Program-made: the position numbers and the translations under genes
Notes under the pieces: model-generated
What the model was told of the DNA's origin: nothing
The model's input: only the letters and a program-made list of their open reading frames with translations
Database searches by the model: none
In this document: piece after piece, positions 1-13,868 of the stretch
Position numbering within the stretch: position 1 is the first letter of the stretch
Layout: every line of letters starts with the position of its first letter
Assembly: GCF_001194135.2 (NCBI RefSeq)
Contig: NC_068981.1
Location: forward strand, 154,332,741 to 154,396,740
DNA: 64,000 nucleotides
Direction: 5' to 3'
From: Octopus bimaculoides
Lineage: Eukaryota

Positions 1-56
<56 letters not shown>
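1..56. repeat. (TA)n microsatellite, representative of many (TA)n, (CA)n, (GA)n, (TATG)n, (CCT)n and (CTA)n tracts (e.g. 3294-3427, 5253-5378, 5959-6190, 9257-9370, 16342-16405, 30493-30978, 37941-38008, 43581-43770, 45115-45165, 53832-54612, 60386-60455)
   Basis: Direct inspection. Most N gaps are bordered by these tracts. Confidence 0.95.
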
Positions 57-60
<4 letters not shown>

Positions 61-1058
61 TACGTGACCAACTAGACTATCAGATGTTGTTACACATTGC
101 TGGTTACAATGCATTTTGTATTGTTTTAGCCTTCGAATGATGCCACCTCATTGACTAGGCAAGCTGGCTAACATTCCCCACTGATTGAAAGGGAGACTGA
201 AATAAAGTGTCTTGCTGAAGAACACAATGTGCTACTTGGTCTGGGAATCAAACCCTTGATCTAGTGATCATGAGTGCAACAGCCTAACCGCTAGGCCATG
301 CACCTTCACACACACAAACACACACACACATCTCCCTCTATCACTATCTATCTGTCTGTCTATCTTTGTTGTTTCTTTCTTTCTTCATTTAACATCCATG
401 TTCCATGTTAGCATGGCTTAGATATTTTGACAGGATCCGACAGGTCAAAAACTGCAACATGCCTTACTATCTACTTTGTTATGGTTTCTACAGCTGGATG
501 CCCTTCCTAATGACAACCACATTATAGTGTGTGCTGGAGGTTTGTTTTTTTTGTGCTATTGTCACTGGTGAGGTCACTGTGCAGCTTGCAGGACTATGAA
601 CCCAGGGAGAGTGATTTTATACTAGGAGGTGAGGGATAAGTCTTCATAGAAGGGGCCTGAGTAGAAAAGGTTTCTTGCTGTAGAGAGGTCCTCATGATTA
701 CACACATTTTAGAAGATAGAGAGGGGTGGGATAGGGAACTTAGTTTTAGCGTCCTTACAATTGTTATTTTTAAAATATGTTCAGAAGGAAGAAAAATACC
801 CCAGCAAATGTAGGAATTAATTGTTTATTACAGTTGATTAAACACTAAAATAAAAGTTTGCTGTTTTCATGTTTGTCCCTCTGTATGACTAATGCAAACA
901 CAACTTGATGCTCTCAAGCATTATCATGTGTGACTGCTTGATTTGTTGGTACCTTCAGTGGTCTTTTTCACCCCCCCCCCNNNNNNNNNNCCCCCCCCCC
1001 GCGCATGTGTGTGTGTGCCTGTCTGTCTGTCTGTCTGTCACTCTCTCTCTCACTCAGT

Positions 1059-1135
1059 TGTTCGCCATTTATTATATTTGCCTCTATTCCCATCTCTTAT
1101 TAACTTATCCACTCACCCTTTCCAATCTTCTGTCC

Positions 1136-1183
<48 letters not shown>

Positions 1184-1296
1184 ATGTTTGCCATTTGTTA
1201 TATTTGCCTCTATTCCTATCTCTAAGTGTCACTCTCCTCACACTCTTATGAACTTACCCACTCACTCTTTCCAATCGTCTGTCCATAATCTCTCTT
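1059..1296 (+). repeat. Imperfect direct repeat (~90-110 bp units) separated by (CT)n
   Basis: tgtt(c/t)gccattt...tttgcctctattcc...ctgtccataatctctct at 1059-1145 and 1186-1296. Confidence 0.7.
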
Positions 1297-3296
1297 ACAC
1301 TCACCTTCTTGTACCTTGAAAGTACACTCTGACCTAGTCACCATTATCTTCATCTCTCTTTCCTGCTATTCCCATGCACTCTTATATAATATGGTGTAGT
1401 CATGTATCTCCTCTATAGGATGACACCTATTCCTGTCTCTCTATCGTACTAAGCATAAAGCCACCTCTATCACATTAGGCATAAAGTCACCTTCTTCTCT
1501 ACTACACCCACACTTAGTTGAGGAGGCTTCTTTGTCTTGTGAGTTACTACTTGTCAACCTCACTAGCATTGGTGCCTTGTAAAAAGCTCCCTGTACACTC
1601 TGTAAAGTAGTTGGTGTTAGGAAGGGTACCCGCCTGTAGAAAGTCTGCTAAAGAAGACATAAGAGCTTGATACAGTACTCTGGCTTGTTGCATCTGTTGA
1701 ACTGTCCCACTCATGCCAGCATGGAAGACAGACGTTTGATGATAATAATAATGATGATGTGATAGAGAGCCTGTCAACATAAAAAGAATGGGCGTATTTT
1801 CATCTCTGGCATTCACTTCTTTGAGTTTTCTTTGTAACATTCTTCTTTCTGTGTAGAATATAACTTTGTGGATATTTTCTTGATGTCTGATTGAAGTCTT
1901 CTGTCATATGTACAGTTTATAGTAGTTGTAGCTCATTGTGTCTACATTGATTAATCAATTAATAGAGAATGTGAATAAAGCCTTTGCTAAATATATTATA
2001 CTACAGGTTTGTTTAGCATAGATTGAATTTTCAAATTCTCCACTAGAAGATTGTTGCTGTTTATGCTAGTCTACCAGGTCATTCCACTGCAGTTTTCCTT
2101 GAAATAACAACATGAAAATTAAATATTCTGTCTGACATCATTGACTCAGTGAATTAGAATACATTGCTTTTCCTCTCATATAATTTTAGATTTTATTTTA
2201 TCAATATCTGCATCACTTTATAAAGTTTATATTTTTGCATTATATTAAAGTCAATAGCTAACTTGATGGGCATTATCTTTGAAATAGGTCTACATGAAAC
2301 ATTTGATGAATCTACGATTCATATGAATATACCTGTTTATTTTCTTATTTGGAACTAAAACCTGTTTTTCTTGTTAGTGAATAGAACTAAAATGTTTCTG
2401 AGTTGTTGTTCAGAAGGTAGTAAACACTACAATGCTTTTATTCATTTCTCAAAATACACATTTTCTTTATTTTGTGATCAAACTGGGTGCTATTGGATAT
2501 ATTCAAGTGTAAAAAATAAATGTATTTAAAGATTATTATATTTCTTTTAGCTAATAACTAGTTGTAACTAAAATTACATAAAGATAGCAACTAAATATAC
2601 TTGACTGTTTCCTTTGTCAGTATATTTCCATTCAATTGGCTGAGTTAAGACCTGTGTGTTTCCTTTCTTTGGGCTGTCTGATAACATAACAAACAGCTGG
2701 CTCTGCCTGCCTAATGCTTTGTTTCCCTATCCCTGAAACTCTTATAAGTTGGTCAGCAAACAAAAACAAAAAAGGGCAGTCTAGTATTGATATTAAAAAG
2801 CAGACCACTATGTGAATGTGAGTGTTTACATTTATTACTATTAATTACCATCGGATTTAGGCTTAACTTTTTAAAAGAGGAAGAGCATGGATGTTGTGTC
2901 GCACTTAAAGTGTTATGGTAACATGTTTTTTTCTATTGATTTTTCTGCTACTTTATATATTTTTTAAAGAAGCTAAAGCTACGTAAGCTACACGCACATA
3001 TGCAGAAGTGTACAGTAAGTTACAACACAAGTTTAATAACTGTCAGTGAGTTGTCAAGAGTTATATGTTATCAAGAATATTATTTACAAACATGATTTAA
3101 ACAAATGCATTAGCACAGTGCATAGATGTGACAATTATAGATTGAGCTGTTGTCTTTATGATTATATGTATACATATTTATTAAACAAGAATATTATTGA
3201 CAGTGACTTCGAAGTTTCAACCAGCTAATCCAGCGCCCAATGATGACTGAAACTTCGAAAAGAAACCAAATATTTTATTTTATTTATTTATGTATG

Positions 3297-3327
<31 letters not shown>

Positions 3328-5250
3328 TGTATGTATGTATGTATGTATGTGTGTGTGTGTGTGTGTGTATGTAAGTATGTATGTATGTATGCATGCATGC
3401 ATGCATGTATGTATGTATGTATGTATGTTCTGTAATAGATTGATATCATCTAGTTGAGTTCATGAATAAAAATGACATTGATCAATTTATTATCAAAAGT
3501 ATATCTCTAGAAATAAAATCAAATATTTTAGATGTTATGTGCTATCCTTTATTCTGTGACTGGTGTTCACTTCTTCAATCAATAATGAAAATAAAACTTT
3601 ATTTTGTAGTATTTATTAATTTCTTAGTTATCAAGTGTCCTTTGAATTATTTTAACTATGTGTTGGAAAATATTAGGATATTTTAATATTATCAAAAATC
3701 GAAATAACATTAACGAGAGTATACATTTGTGAACACATACATGCAAATAAGCATGTGCGTGCTTGAGATTTTTTTCTCATGTTATTTTACTTGTGGTAGA
3801 GGGTCACTCCCTTCTAAGACATAGTTGATTACATTAACACCACTGCTTATTTAATCAACCTTGGTAAAATGAAAAGTTAAATTGGGGCTGATATATTTCA
3901 GCTCATACAAAAGTATATAACTAACTCCTTACAAGATATTTGTCTAATGTTATTTGGATTTTGCAATCTATCCGCCCTCTCTCTTCCTCACTCTCTCTTT
4001 CACACACACACACAGCCACACACCCACACCCACACCCACACATACACACACACACACACACACACTATCCAGGATGGTAACTTAACACTTAAATTCATAC
4101 CATCTATCTAATGGTACATTTTCCATTTAATTACTGATAGCATGCATTGTAAATTGTTATTATGGATAGCATTGCTGGTCTGTCAGACAAAATGACTATG
4201 CTAGTAATGTAGTACCTATTCCCAACAGTTAGCTAAACTAATATTTGTGTAATTATGTTTGTTTCTCAAATAGACATCAAAGCATAAACAAATTTGGAGT
4301 GGATTTGTGTTGCTAGTCAAATATTTTAATCACTTGGACAATTTCCTTCTCTCACCTCTTTCTCCATTTCCTCTCTTTACTCCTCTTCAAATGCGTATGT
4401 TTATTTGGGAAATTAAGTTTGTTTCTAAACGAATTTGCCAGACGGAGACTGTGTGGAAGCCTTAACTTTGTGTATATATATGTGTGTGTATGTATGTTCA
4501 TGTATCTATGTATTTGTGAGTGTGTTTGTGGATGCTGATGTAAGTTTGTGAATCAATTGTGTTGTGTCCCTTTCTGCTCAAAAAGTTAAATTATAAAAAT
4601 GAGACTGAAACGAAAGCTCTGAAAATCAGTGTTTCAGCATAGCTAAATTGCCATAAATACAACCGGCAAAATCGTAGACTATTATGTCATTTTCATAATG
4701 CTTGTGAAGCAGCATTTTAGGAGATTAGCTTAGTTCTGCTTTTTCCTGATTCTTCTGCTGAATTGTGTTAAGCACAGTCACAGATGCACCACATATCTTG
4801 TTATTGTGTGACATTATTACATCATTGTTTTCAAAGTTAATAATATTTCAGAGTGATGCTACTCACATTTTCAAAGGGAGGGAAATATAAATTGTGGGTT
4901 TTTTTTATGCTTTTATTTCCAACCTTGAATTGAAAGCAGGCCACAGGTTCGGTCACTGGCATCTTACTTTGCACTTATGACTCTTACCTTTTAATTAGAG
5001 AGCAGTTGCATTAATATCCAGTTATGATGTTTGTGGCTGTTTTTATCTTCTTGTAGACATGCTGGCTATTGCTTAGAATTCTTCTTTTGTCACTTTTATA
5101 GTAGTCTGGGAAAACTGTGTCATTTTAATTTTGTAGATGCGATCATATTTATTCATGAATGTTAGGTATATTTAATACTATATCAACACACATTATAAAT
5201 TTATATTTATATTCATGTAAATTGCTGTGTTGTGCTTCTAATAATATAAT

Positions 5251-5284
<34 letters not shown>

Positions 5285-5331
5285 CAGTCTGACCCATGCA
5301 CAGCATGGAAACGTGAATGTTATGATGTAAA

Positions 5332-5380
<49 letters not shown>

Positions 5381-5957
5381 CACACATACAAACATATATA
5401 TGTATTTGCATATAGATGTAGCCTTTCTGCTATAGGCACAAGGCCAGAAATTTTAAGGGAGTGAGGTAGTTGATCACATTGAACCCAATGTTCAACCAGT
5501 ACTTATTTTATCAACCCTCAAAAGGGATGAAAGGCAAAGTTGATCTCAGCAGAATTTGTCTGGCATGCTAATGATTCTGCTAGCTCTGTGCCTTATGTGC
5601 ACATATATATCTCCACTTCAGCAGGATACCTGTACCTTCCCTCTTTTACCTCTTTGTATACAATACTCCATTCCACTCAGTTGACAGGTCTTACCTTGCA
5701 AGTACTTGGTGACCTCACTAGTGCTGGTACTAGAAAAAATGCACCTAGTTCACTCTGTAAAATAGTTGGCATTAAGAAAGCATCCAGTTGTAGAAACTAT
5801 GCCAAAGCAGATATTGTAGCTCAGCATAGTCTTTTGGTTTGTTGGTTCTTGTTAAACCTTCCAACCCATTCCATCATCGAAATCTGATGTTAAACAATGA
5901 TGATTATGATGATGGTATCCACACATTCAAGTGTATATACATGCATGTGTATGTATG

Positions 5958-6016
<59 letters not shown>

Positions 6017-6060
6017 CATGCATATATATATTTATGTGTTTTAAGCCATGCCAGCATGAA

Positions 6061-6104
<44 letters not shown>

Positions 6105-6135
6105 ATATATATATTTTTATATGNNNNNNNNNNNN

Positions 6136-6178
<43 letters not shown>

Positions 6179-8310
6179 ATATATATATTTTTATATGTAT
6201 ATAAAGTATATGTATATGTGTAAGAATACATATATCATTATCATCATAATCACCATTGTTTTAATGTCCACTTTCCTGTGCTTGTGTAGTTCAGTCAGAG
6301 TTTATTGTAATAAACTTTCTGTGGCTGTATGCTCTTCCTGATGCCAACCCTTCTCTGTTTCTAAGTCAGGTAATATTTCCCTATAACCAAATATTTTTCC
6401 ATGGATGACTAGAAACGAATGCCTGATGGTAGCACACATTTACCACTACTTTGCAATGTCAAAACGAGGACACACACACACACACGCACATGCACACAAG
6501 CGCGCGCGCGCACACACACACACACACACACGCACACAAAATGGGCTTCTTTCAGTTTCTGTCCACCAAATCCACTCACAAAACTTTGGTTGACCTGAGG
6601 CTTTAGCAGCAGGTACTTGCCTTAGTTACCATGCAGTGAGATTGAACCTAAAGCAAACTCCTGATCCACACAGCTATGTCTGTGCACCTAATACATAAAA
6701 TCATCATCATTTTGCATCTCTTTTTTCATGCTTCTATAGGTTGGATGAGTCTCACTGCATCTCACTTCTTGTCATTGTTTTCCCTTATCTGGCACATACA
6801 TACTTCAAGAAAGAATATCACTGATCTTTGTTCTTTGTATTTCAGCTTTTTGCTTGTCTTGAGCTGGCTTTTATGAATAGATACCCCATCTTATCACCAC
6901 TTTACAATCAGATCTCAATGTATTTTATCTTGCCACCCAAAGTAGAGCGGTAGACTGCAGCAGTTTTTCTTTATTCAGTCTTACTGCACTGTTAGATGGG
7001 TTGCTTATCTTGTGACTTGCATAGTCCTATTCTCCTCTGTTGGTTTGTTTTCATTTTTTCTTGGCATGTTTTTACTGCTGGATAACCTTCATATTGTCAG
7101 CCACTTAATAGTGTGCACTGTATAAATTTCTCCCTACTTTCTACCACTGATCTATACTATCTGTAAACTACTTAATTATTTGAATTTTTTGTTGTTAAAC
7201 TTTCAAACTATCCCACTACTACTGCTGTTAGAAAAATTCTATCATAGTCTTCCACAGTTATGGAAAAAAAAAAGAAGGCACAGTTATAAGTTTAAAAAAA
7301 AAAATTAAAGCTTTCAAATTTAGTGACCTTCAGAAAGACAAATCTACTGTGATGATGAATATATTTTGAAATGTGTCTCAATGATTGGAAACTATCTTGT
7401 TAAAATCTTCATAATTATAAATATTCTATATGCAGGATGAGATACAGTTGAGCTAATGCTGTATATTGAATAAGTTTAGAGAGATGTAAATACAGTAGGT
7501 ATCAGGTTAAATGGAAGTTTTTGCTGCTGATTTTCAGTTGAGAGAGTGGAATCAGGCACAGTGCTATTTTTTAGAAAGTAGTTATAATATAAAGTATGGT
7601 TTGGACAGCAGAAATGGGCTAGAGACAGAGGAGGAGAAATTCATGTTTCAGGGTTGAGTAAGATGTGTAGTTTGCATGTTAATAGGAAATACAAGATTGA
7701 TTAATGTTTGATCAACACAAGTCTATGGATATTGGTGTTGTGTTACAGCTCATAATTGGCTATTCTTTCTCTCTGTATTCTTACTGTATTTTTGTTTTTC
7801 ATGTAAAATATTCTATTTATGATTATTATATTGTATACAATAGGTATGATATTAAGTTTTACAACAGTGTTTCTGTAATTGATTTATAAGAAATGTTACA
7901 TTAGAGAAGCATATGCCATGATCAAATACCAATTGTAAGCAGTAAGCATTGAATGTATTTCTGTCAGTTTTGATGATAAAAATTTAGTTTTCTGATCGAA
8001 TTACTTGCTCATTGTATTAACATGTTAGTTGCTGAGCATTCCACAAACATATGCACCTTTAATATAACCCTCAGGTCAAATCAGCATGACACAGTGTGTG
8101 AGAAGGCTATACCTTTGAATTATAAGTCCAATCCATCTGATGGGCTTTTATATGCTTCTGTCTACTCAATTTCAATCACAAGGTATAGGTTGATCTGGCG
8201 CTGTAGAAAAGGGCATTTGCCTAAGATGTCATGCAAAGGGTGAAAACTTGGATCTTATGGTTGTGAAGTGAACTCCCTAAACATTTAGCAATACCACACC
8301 TAAACACACA

Positions 8311-8420
8311 CATGCATGCACACTCACACATGCACGCTCACACATGCATGCATGCTCACACATGCATGCATGCTCACACATGCATGCATGCTCACACATG
8401 CAAGCATGCTCACATATGCA
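8311..8420. repeat. 18-bp minisatellite (catgcatgctcacacatg) grading into (CA)n
   Basis: About 5 near-perfect units; produces the spurious HAHTCM ORFs. Confidence 0.85.
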
Positions 8421-8780
8421 CTTGTGCATCGTTCATGTGCACACACACATACACACATACACACACACACACACACATACACACACACACATACCCACAC
8501 ACACACACACACACACACATACACACACACACACACACATGTATGCAAAGTTAATAGATTTTCATAGTTTTAGTGATGAATATTTTGCTGTTTAATCTTT
8601 GATCAACCAAACTCCTACGTACTCATTGAATTAAGCATGTAAGTGCTGAGTACTCCAGAGATATGTGGATGTGTGCAATATGCATACATTGGAATATTGT
8701 GCATACTTCTAAAAATTCAATCTTCAGTATGTATACTAACTGACTTCTTGCTTCTTTCCACCTCAAGGTAGATAACTTTC

Positions 8781-8822
8781 CGTCTTTCCGACGAAGGGCT
8801 CCGCCCGAAACGTCATACTCTC
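8781..8822 (+). ncRNA. Degenerate minimal hammerhead-like motif (second family)
   Basis: CCGACGA-a-GGGC-tcc-GCCC-GAAA-CGTC. Stem II and GAAA are intact, the core has U4>C, and stem I is not recoverable. Directly abuts a scaffold gap. Confidence 0.4.
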
Positions 8823-8925
8823 TNNNNNNNNNNNNNNNNNNNNNNNNNNNNNNNNNNNNNNNNNNNNNNNNNNNNNNNNNNNNNNNNNNNNNNNNNNNNN
8901 NNNNNNNNNNNNNNNNNNNNNNNNN

Positions 8926-8962
<37 letters not shown>

Positions 8963-9280
8963 TGTGGTGACTAATATGGACACCAACGAGAACAGCAAGA
9001 ACAGAGATTTATTCAGGGTAGGCAGTCAGTATTAATAAAGTAAATTGTGAATAAATTAAATTACATAAAAATATTTTGACAACAAAAAGCATTTACTTTC
9101 TCTCTCTCTCTCACCCACACACAGACTTACAAACAGACAAGACACACATGTCTATAGGGATAAAAATAGTTTAGTGGGTTGTACCTACATATGCTTTAAA
9201 ATAACACACACACACACATACACATTCACATTTTGGGATTTTTATTTTATAATTATACACACACACACACCCACACACAC

Positions 9281-9347
<67 letters not shown>

Positions 9348-11838
9348 TACACACACACACACACACACACATATGTTCATAATCACTGTTTCATACACGG
9401 TAGTGAGCTGGAAAAATTGGTAGTGTTAGAAAAAATACTTTGTAGTATTTGTTCCAGCACTTTACATTCTGTGTTCAAATCCCACCAAGGTCAACTTTGC
9501 TTTTCATCCTTTCAGAGTTGATAAAATAGAGTACCATTCAAGTATAGGGGTTGATGGTATCAAGTAACCTTTCTCCTCAAAACTGCTGGTCTTGTTTTGC
9601 CGGCCAAAATCAGTAACCATTATTACTGTTTATACATTCATATGGAATAAAATGTCTCTGAAGACATGCTCAATCACCAAAGACAAACTCACATATACAC
9701 TGTAACACAGACATTCCTCACTCTAATATTACACTGATCTGTAAGCAGATATTATTTTGCTCCTTTATTCTTTTTATTTCATTCTAGAGCCAAACTTATG
9801 GCATTTAGATCTAATAGGGTTGTGCGTAGTTGAAAGACTGCAGCTATTCTACCTAACAGGAAAATAATGGCAATTTACTGAATATACACTGAATTCCATT
9901 TATTAAATTACTTTTTTTTTATAATGGATTGAAAATCATTTACTTTTTCATATTTAATAATTAATATATTTTAGCCTGGGTAGGCACTACCTACCTTGCC
10001 TACCGAGTTGGCACATCTCTAACATTAGATCTGAAAAACATTAACATAGAATGTCTTGATACATATTTTTTGTGGTACAAGAAAATGTAAGTAATCTAAT
10101 TGTAAACTGTGTTCAAGAAAGATAGACATTGGCTTTTATCCACCCTTTGAAATTAGACATTAATACTTGCAAAAGTTAATTACACATGGCAAACTTAAAC
10201 AAGTGCATGTTAACCGAATGGTTAAAGTACTTAACTTGGTCTAGTCTATATTCTACATTGTCCTGTACTTGTTTTTACTTCAGCCCTGTATTAATCCCAC
10301 TTCAAAATTCATTAGTTGGAAGCTAATCTTAAAGAGATCATTAGTTACAAAAGAATAGATGTAAATATTAATACTTTCCTAATTGATATGAACTTGGTAT
10401 CTGTAGTGGCAACTACTTTTGTTAAATATTCTTTTTCCAGTTTTATATTCGTTTGTGCAAGTTTAAATCTTTAAGTTTCACTTTCCTAACAATTTCATCT
10501 GTTCAAAAATGTTTACAATTGTGTTATAGATTGCATGTTTCTATTTCTCAAGACTAGAATTCATATGGTTTCACGTAATAAAAAAACCCACGAAAAACAC
10601 CTAATTGAAATATTTATTTGTTATTTCTTATTTTTTAATGGAGTTTCATCAACAAATTACTCTTGTTTTTATGAAACTTATGTAATAGTAATAGATTTTT
10701 ACTTGTCTTTTTTTTAAACCTTAATAACAAAAGCGAGTTAATAAACATTAAGCTTAATAACTTTACTATCAAATACAGCAAAAGTGATATAAAGCTGCCA
10801 GAGATATATTTTCCTACCCTAAAGATAACAAGCCTTTCTGTAACTTGTTTATCCACTTCATACTGAAGAACAATCTTCTCTTATACTTATCTATAAAATG
10901 ATTGTTCTTGGGGATCTAAAACATTTCTGATTGGTAGTGTTTTGATATTTTGTTTTTGTAATTCGTTTTGCAAAATTTTTGATGTGAAATTGCGTGCTGA
11001 AATGTGCTGTATCTTAGGAAGAATTATTTGCTATCATCAGTGACATTTCTAAGTTATTTCTGTTATTTAGACTCTCAGAAAAACATCTAAGTTAAAGAAT
11101 AAAGATGTAGTTTATACTCACACTTATAGAAACAAACACCTGTCCCAAGAGTTATAATGCAAAGGTATCTTTGTATGCATCCTCTTCTTTAAAAATAATG
11201 ATAATGATCTCTAATATTGGCATAATGCTTCGATTTTGGAAAAGGCATAAACTACATTAACTCCAGTATTTTACTGGTACTTGAAAGGATGAAAAGCAAA
11301 GTTGACAGTACATCAGTTAATTTATTCAGATTCATCTTTGTTTTCTGAAAATTCCTTTTTGGATTTTGTTCCTTGTAAACAACTGTTAATTTTTTAAACC
11401 CAGGCCATATTGTCAATTTATGAGAAGCCAACAGAAATCAGCACATCTTTCATATCATGTCTAATCACTAGCTGTTTAACTTACAGTTTTGGTTATATAC
11501 CAATGAGTAACAACACCTAGTAGGTGAAATCATCTAGTCAATCTTCTTTGCAGAAAGGTATTACTTCCCATTGTTGGTGTAGTAGTACTTCTATTAAAAG
11601 CCACACTAAGTTAATGTGTTGGTGCAAAAGTGCAGTTCTGTTTTGGAACTGTGATAAACTTGTGAGTATACAGTATTGGATTATGAAGCAAATTAAAATG
11701 TTCAGAGAAGTGTGACTTTGTTAATAGCTTATTCTCAGTCAATTAGTGATAACATCAGATAATTTGTTCCTTTATGGGACTCATTCACATTCTCCCTGTG
11801 AAGCTTCAAAGGTAATTAAATTCATTAATGATTATATA

Positions 11839-12634
11839 TTGGGTCATCCCATAAATAATGTTTTTTTTTTATACTTCTTTTATTTTCAAAATTGAAATTA
11901 AAAGAAGTTCTTTTTTAATCTAAAATATACTCTCCTTCATTTTCTACAATGCTCTTCCATCTATCTAGTAGACATGCAAGGCCCCTCACCCAAAATTCAC
12001 TTGTCCATGATGAAAAATACTCCTCCAGTACTGTTCTGATCTCATCTACAGAATTCATATATTTTTGTCCAAATGATTTTGAAGACTGCGGAATAAATGA
12101 TAATCAGATGGGGCAATGTCATCCTTGCTGTATGTGGCTGAGCATTATCCTGATGGAAGAACACCTTTTGTCTTGAAACCAAAGATGGTCATTTTTCTTC
12201 TAGTGCTGACTTAAGCTGATCAAGCTGCTTGCAGTAGATCTCCTTTGTTACCATTTGATTTAGGCTTAAAAGTTCAAAGTGGACTAAACCTTTCATATCC
12301 CACCAAACATATAACAACATCTTACGTGGGGGAAGATCTTCTTTAGCCTGGGGTGCTGGTGTTTCTCCTTTTCCTACCCACTATCTTCAGCACTTGACAT
12401 TTTTATAGAGAGCACATTTCTCGTCACCAGTCGCTTCTTTGTCACTTCCATTACAGCTTTGAAAAAATAACTGTTAAAATCAAACTGCACTCTTTGAAAC
12501 TTGCACTAAGAATAAGTACAGAGTAAAATTACTACCTGCTTTTATAGCAAGTTGATGCAGTTAGTTTATCCCACCCCCCTCCGACTTTTAGTTCATGCAA
12601 TTGAAAAAACCGCATTATTCATGGGATGACCTAT
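11839..12634 (-). mobile_element. Internally deleted mariner (Tc1/mariner) element with both TIRs and TA target-site duplication
   Basis: TIRs ttgggtcatcccataaataatg (11839-60) and cattattcatgggatgacctat (12613-34), each flanked by TA. The minus strand encodes VTGDEK..., KMLLYVWWDMKG..., HQDNAQPH and a C-terminal ...EGEY-like remnant with stops and deletions. Confidence 0.88.
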
Positions 12635-13065
12635 TAGGATATAAAGGAAAACTTAATTCCCCGCTCCAAAAAAATGTCAATATCATTGAGACACTTTTTT
12701 TTATTGTCTTATCAGTTTCAGTCATTAGACTGTCACCATGCTGAAGTACTGCCCTCAAAAGAAATAAGTCCTGATTGATGCCATTACTTATTTCAGTTTG
12801 GTACTTATTTTATCAGTCTATAATTAATCTAGTGGCCAAGGTACCTTTATGACATACCAATTTTAAGTGATAGTGCTATATCAAACCTATAAACAACAAA
12901 CATGGACACATGCACACATACATGCACATACATTATACACATACACACACATCCACACACACACTATATATCAGGTTGAGTAAAAAGTAAGCAACATTTT
13001 GAACTATGAAGAATTTGTACTGGATTTTTGCAGAGTTTTAAAATTAAAAAAAAAATTCATTGCAG

Positions 13066-13724
13066 ACTAGTGACTGAGACCATTGGAAATATGCAGTGCG
13101 TGAGAAGACCTGGCAAACCAAGTGAGACCATAATCTGTGGCCTCTGCCAGTGGTGTAGCCAGCCCACTTATTCGTACCTTTACTTCATTGGACACTAAAC
13201 TCTGCTTACGAAGACCTGTTGGGGCAAGTGAAATCGAAATCGTAATTGAACAAAATTTGATGTCTGGCACTTGTGGAGCGCTAACAGTACCATCTGAGCA
13301 TGATCATTGCCAGAGCAGCTGTCTGGCTTCCGTGCCAGTGGCACGTAAATAGCACCATTTGAGCAGGATTGTTACCAACGTCTCTTTATTGGCACTTGTG
13401 CTGGTGGCATGTGAAAAAACATTCAAGCAAGGTCGTTGCCAGTGCCGCTGGACTGGCTCCTGTGCAGGTGGCATGTGAAAAACACCATTTTGAGCATGGC
13501 CATTGCCAGTACTGCCTGACTGGCCCTCATGCCAGTGGCACGTAAAAGCACCCACTACACTCTTGGAGTGGTTGGCATTAGGAAGGGCATCCAGCTGTAG
13601 AAACTCTGCCAGATCAGATTGGAGCCTGGTGCAGCCATCTGGTTCGCCAGTCCTCAGTCAAATTGTCCAACCCATGCTAGCATGGAAAGCAGATGTTAAA
13701 TGACGATAGTGATGATGATGATGA
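13066..13724 (+). mobile_element. RTE-clade LINE 3' end (last codons, 3' UTR with internal gccagtggcacgtaaa repeats, (GAT)n tail)
   Basis: ORF-end-like ...atgcagtgcgtgagaagacctggcaaaccaagtgag, followed by the high-copy aggaagggcatccagctgtagaaactctgcc segment and a GAT-repeat tail. The RTE assignment rests on the related copy at 16406-17510. Confidence 0.7.
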
Positions 13725-13740
13725 TATATATGACCATTTT

Positions 13741-13868
13741 CATTGTCATCATCTGCTTCCCATGCTGGCATGGGGGAGACAGTTTGACTAGAACTGGTAA
13801 GCTGGAGAGCTGTACCAGGTTCCAGTCTGATTTGGCTTGATTTCTATAGCTGGATGTCCTTCCTAACA
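13741..13868 (-). mobile_element. Short inverted copy of the same RTE-type 3' end
   Basis: Reverse complement of the terminal ~130 bp of the element at 13066-13724; diverged. Confidence 0.7.

Noticed and set aside
9975-10020. taggcactacctaccttgccta small inverted motif
   Set aside because: It may be a DNA-transposon subterminal motif, but it is too short and unpaired to support a call.
12971-13000. Isolated TIR-like words (tcaggttgagtaaaaagtaagcaac; also gttggtgcaaaagtg at about 11618 and cagggttcccaacc-like at about 56256)
   Set aside because: They resemble mariner or hAT ends, but no partner end or internal homology was found.
13067-13703. Cluster of overlapping 66-83 aa ORFs (also 46277-46632)
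   Set aside because: Chance ORFs in the GC-richer RTE 3' UTR repeat.
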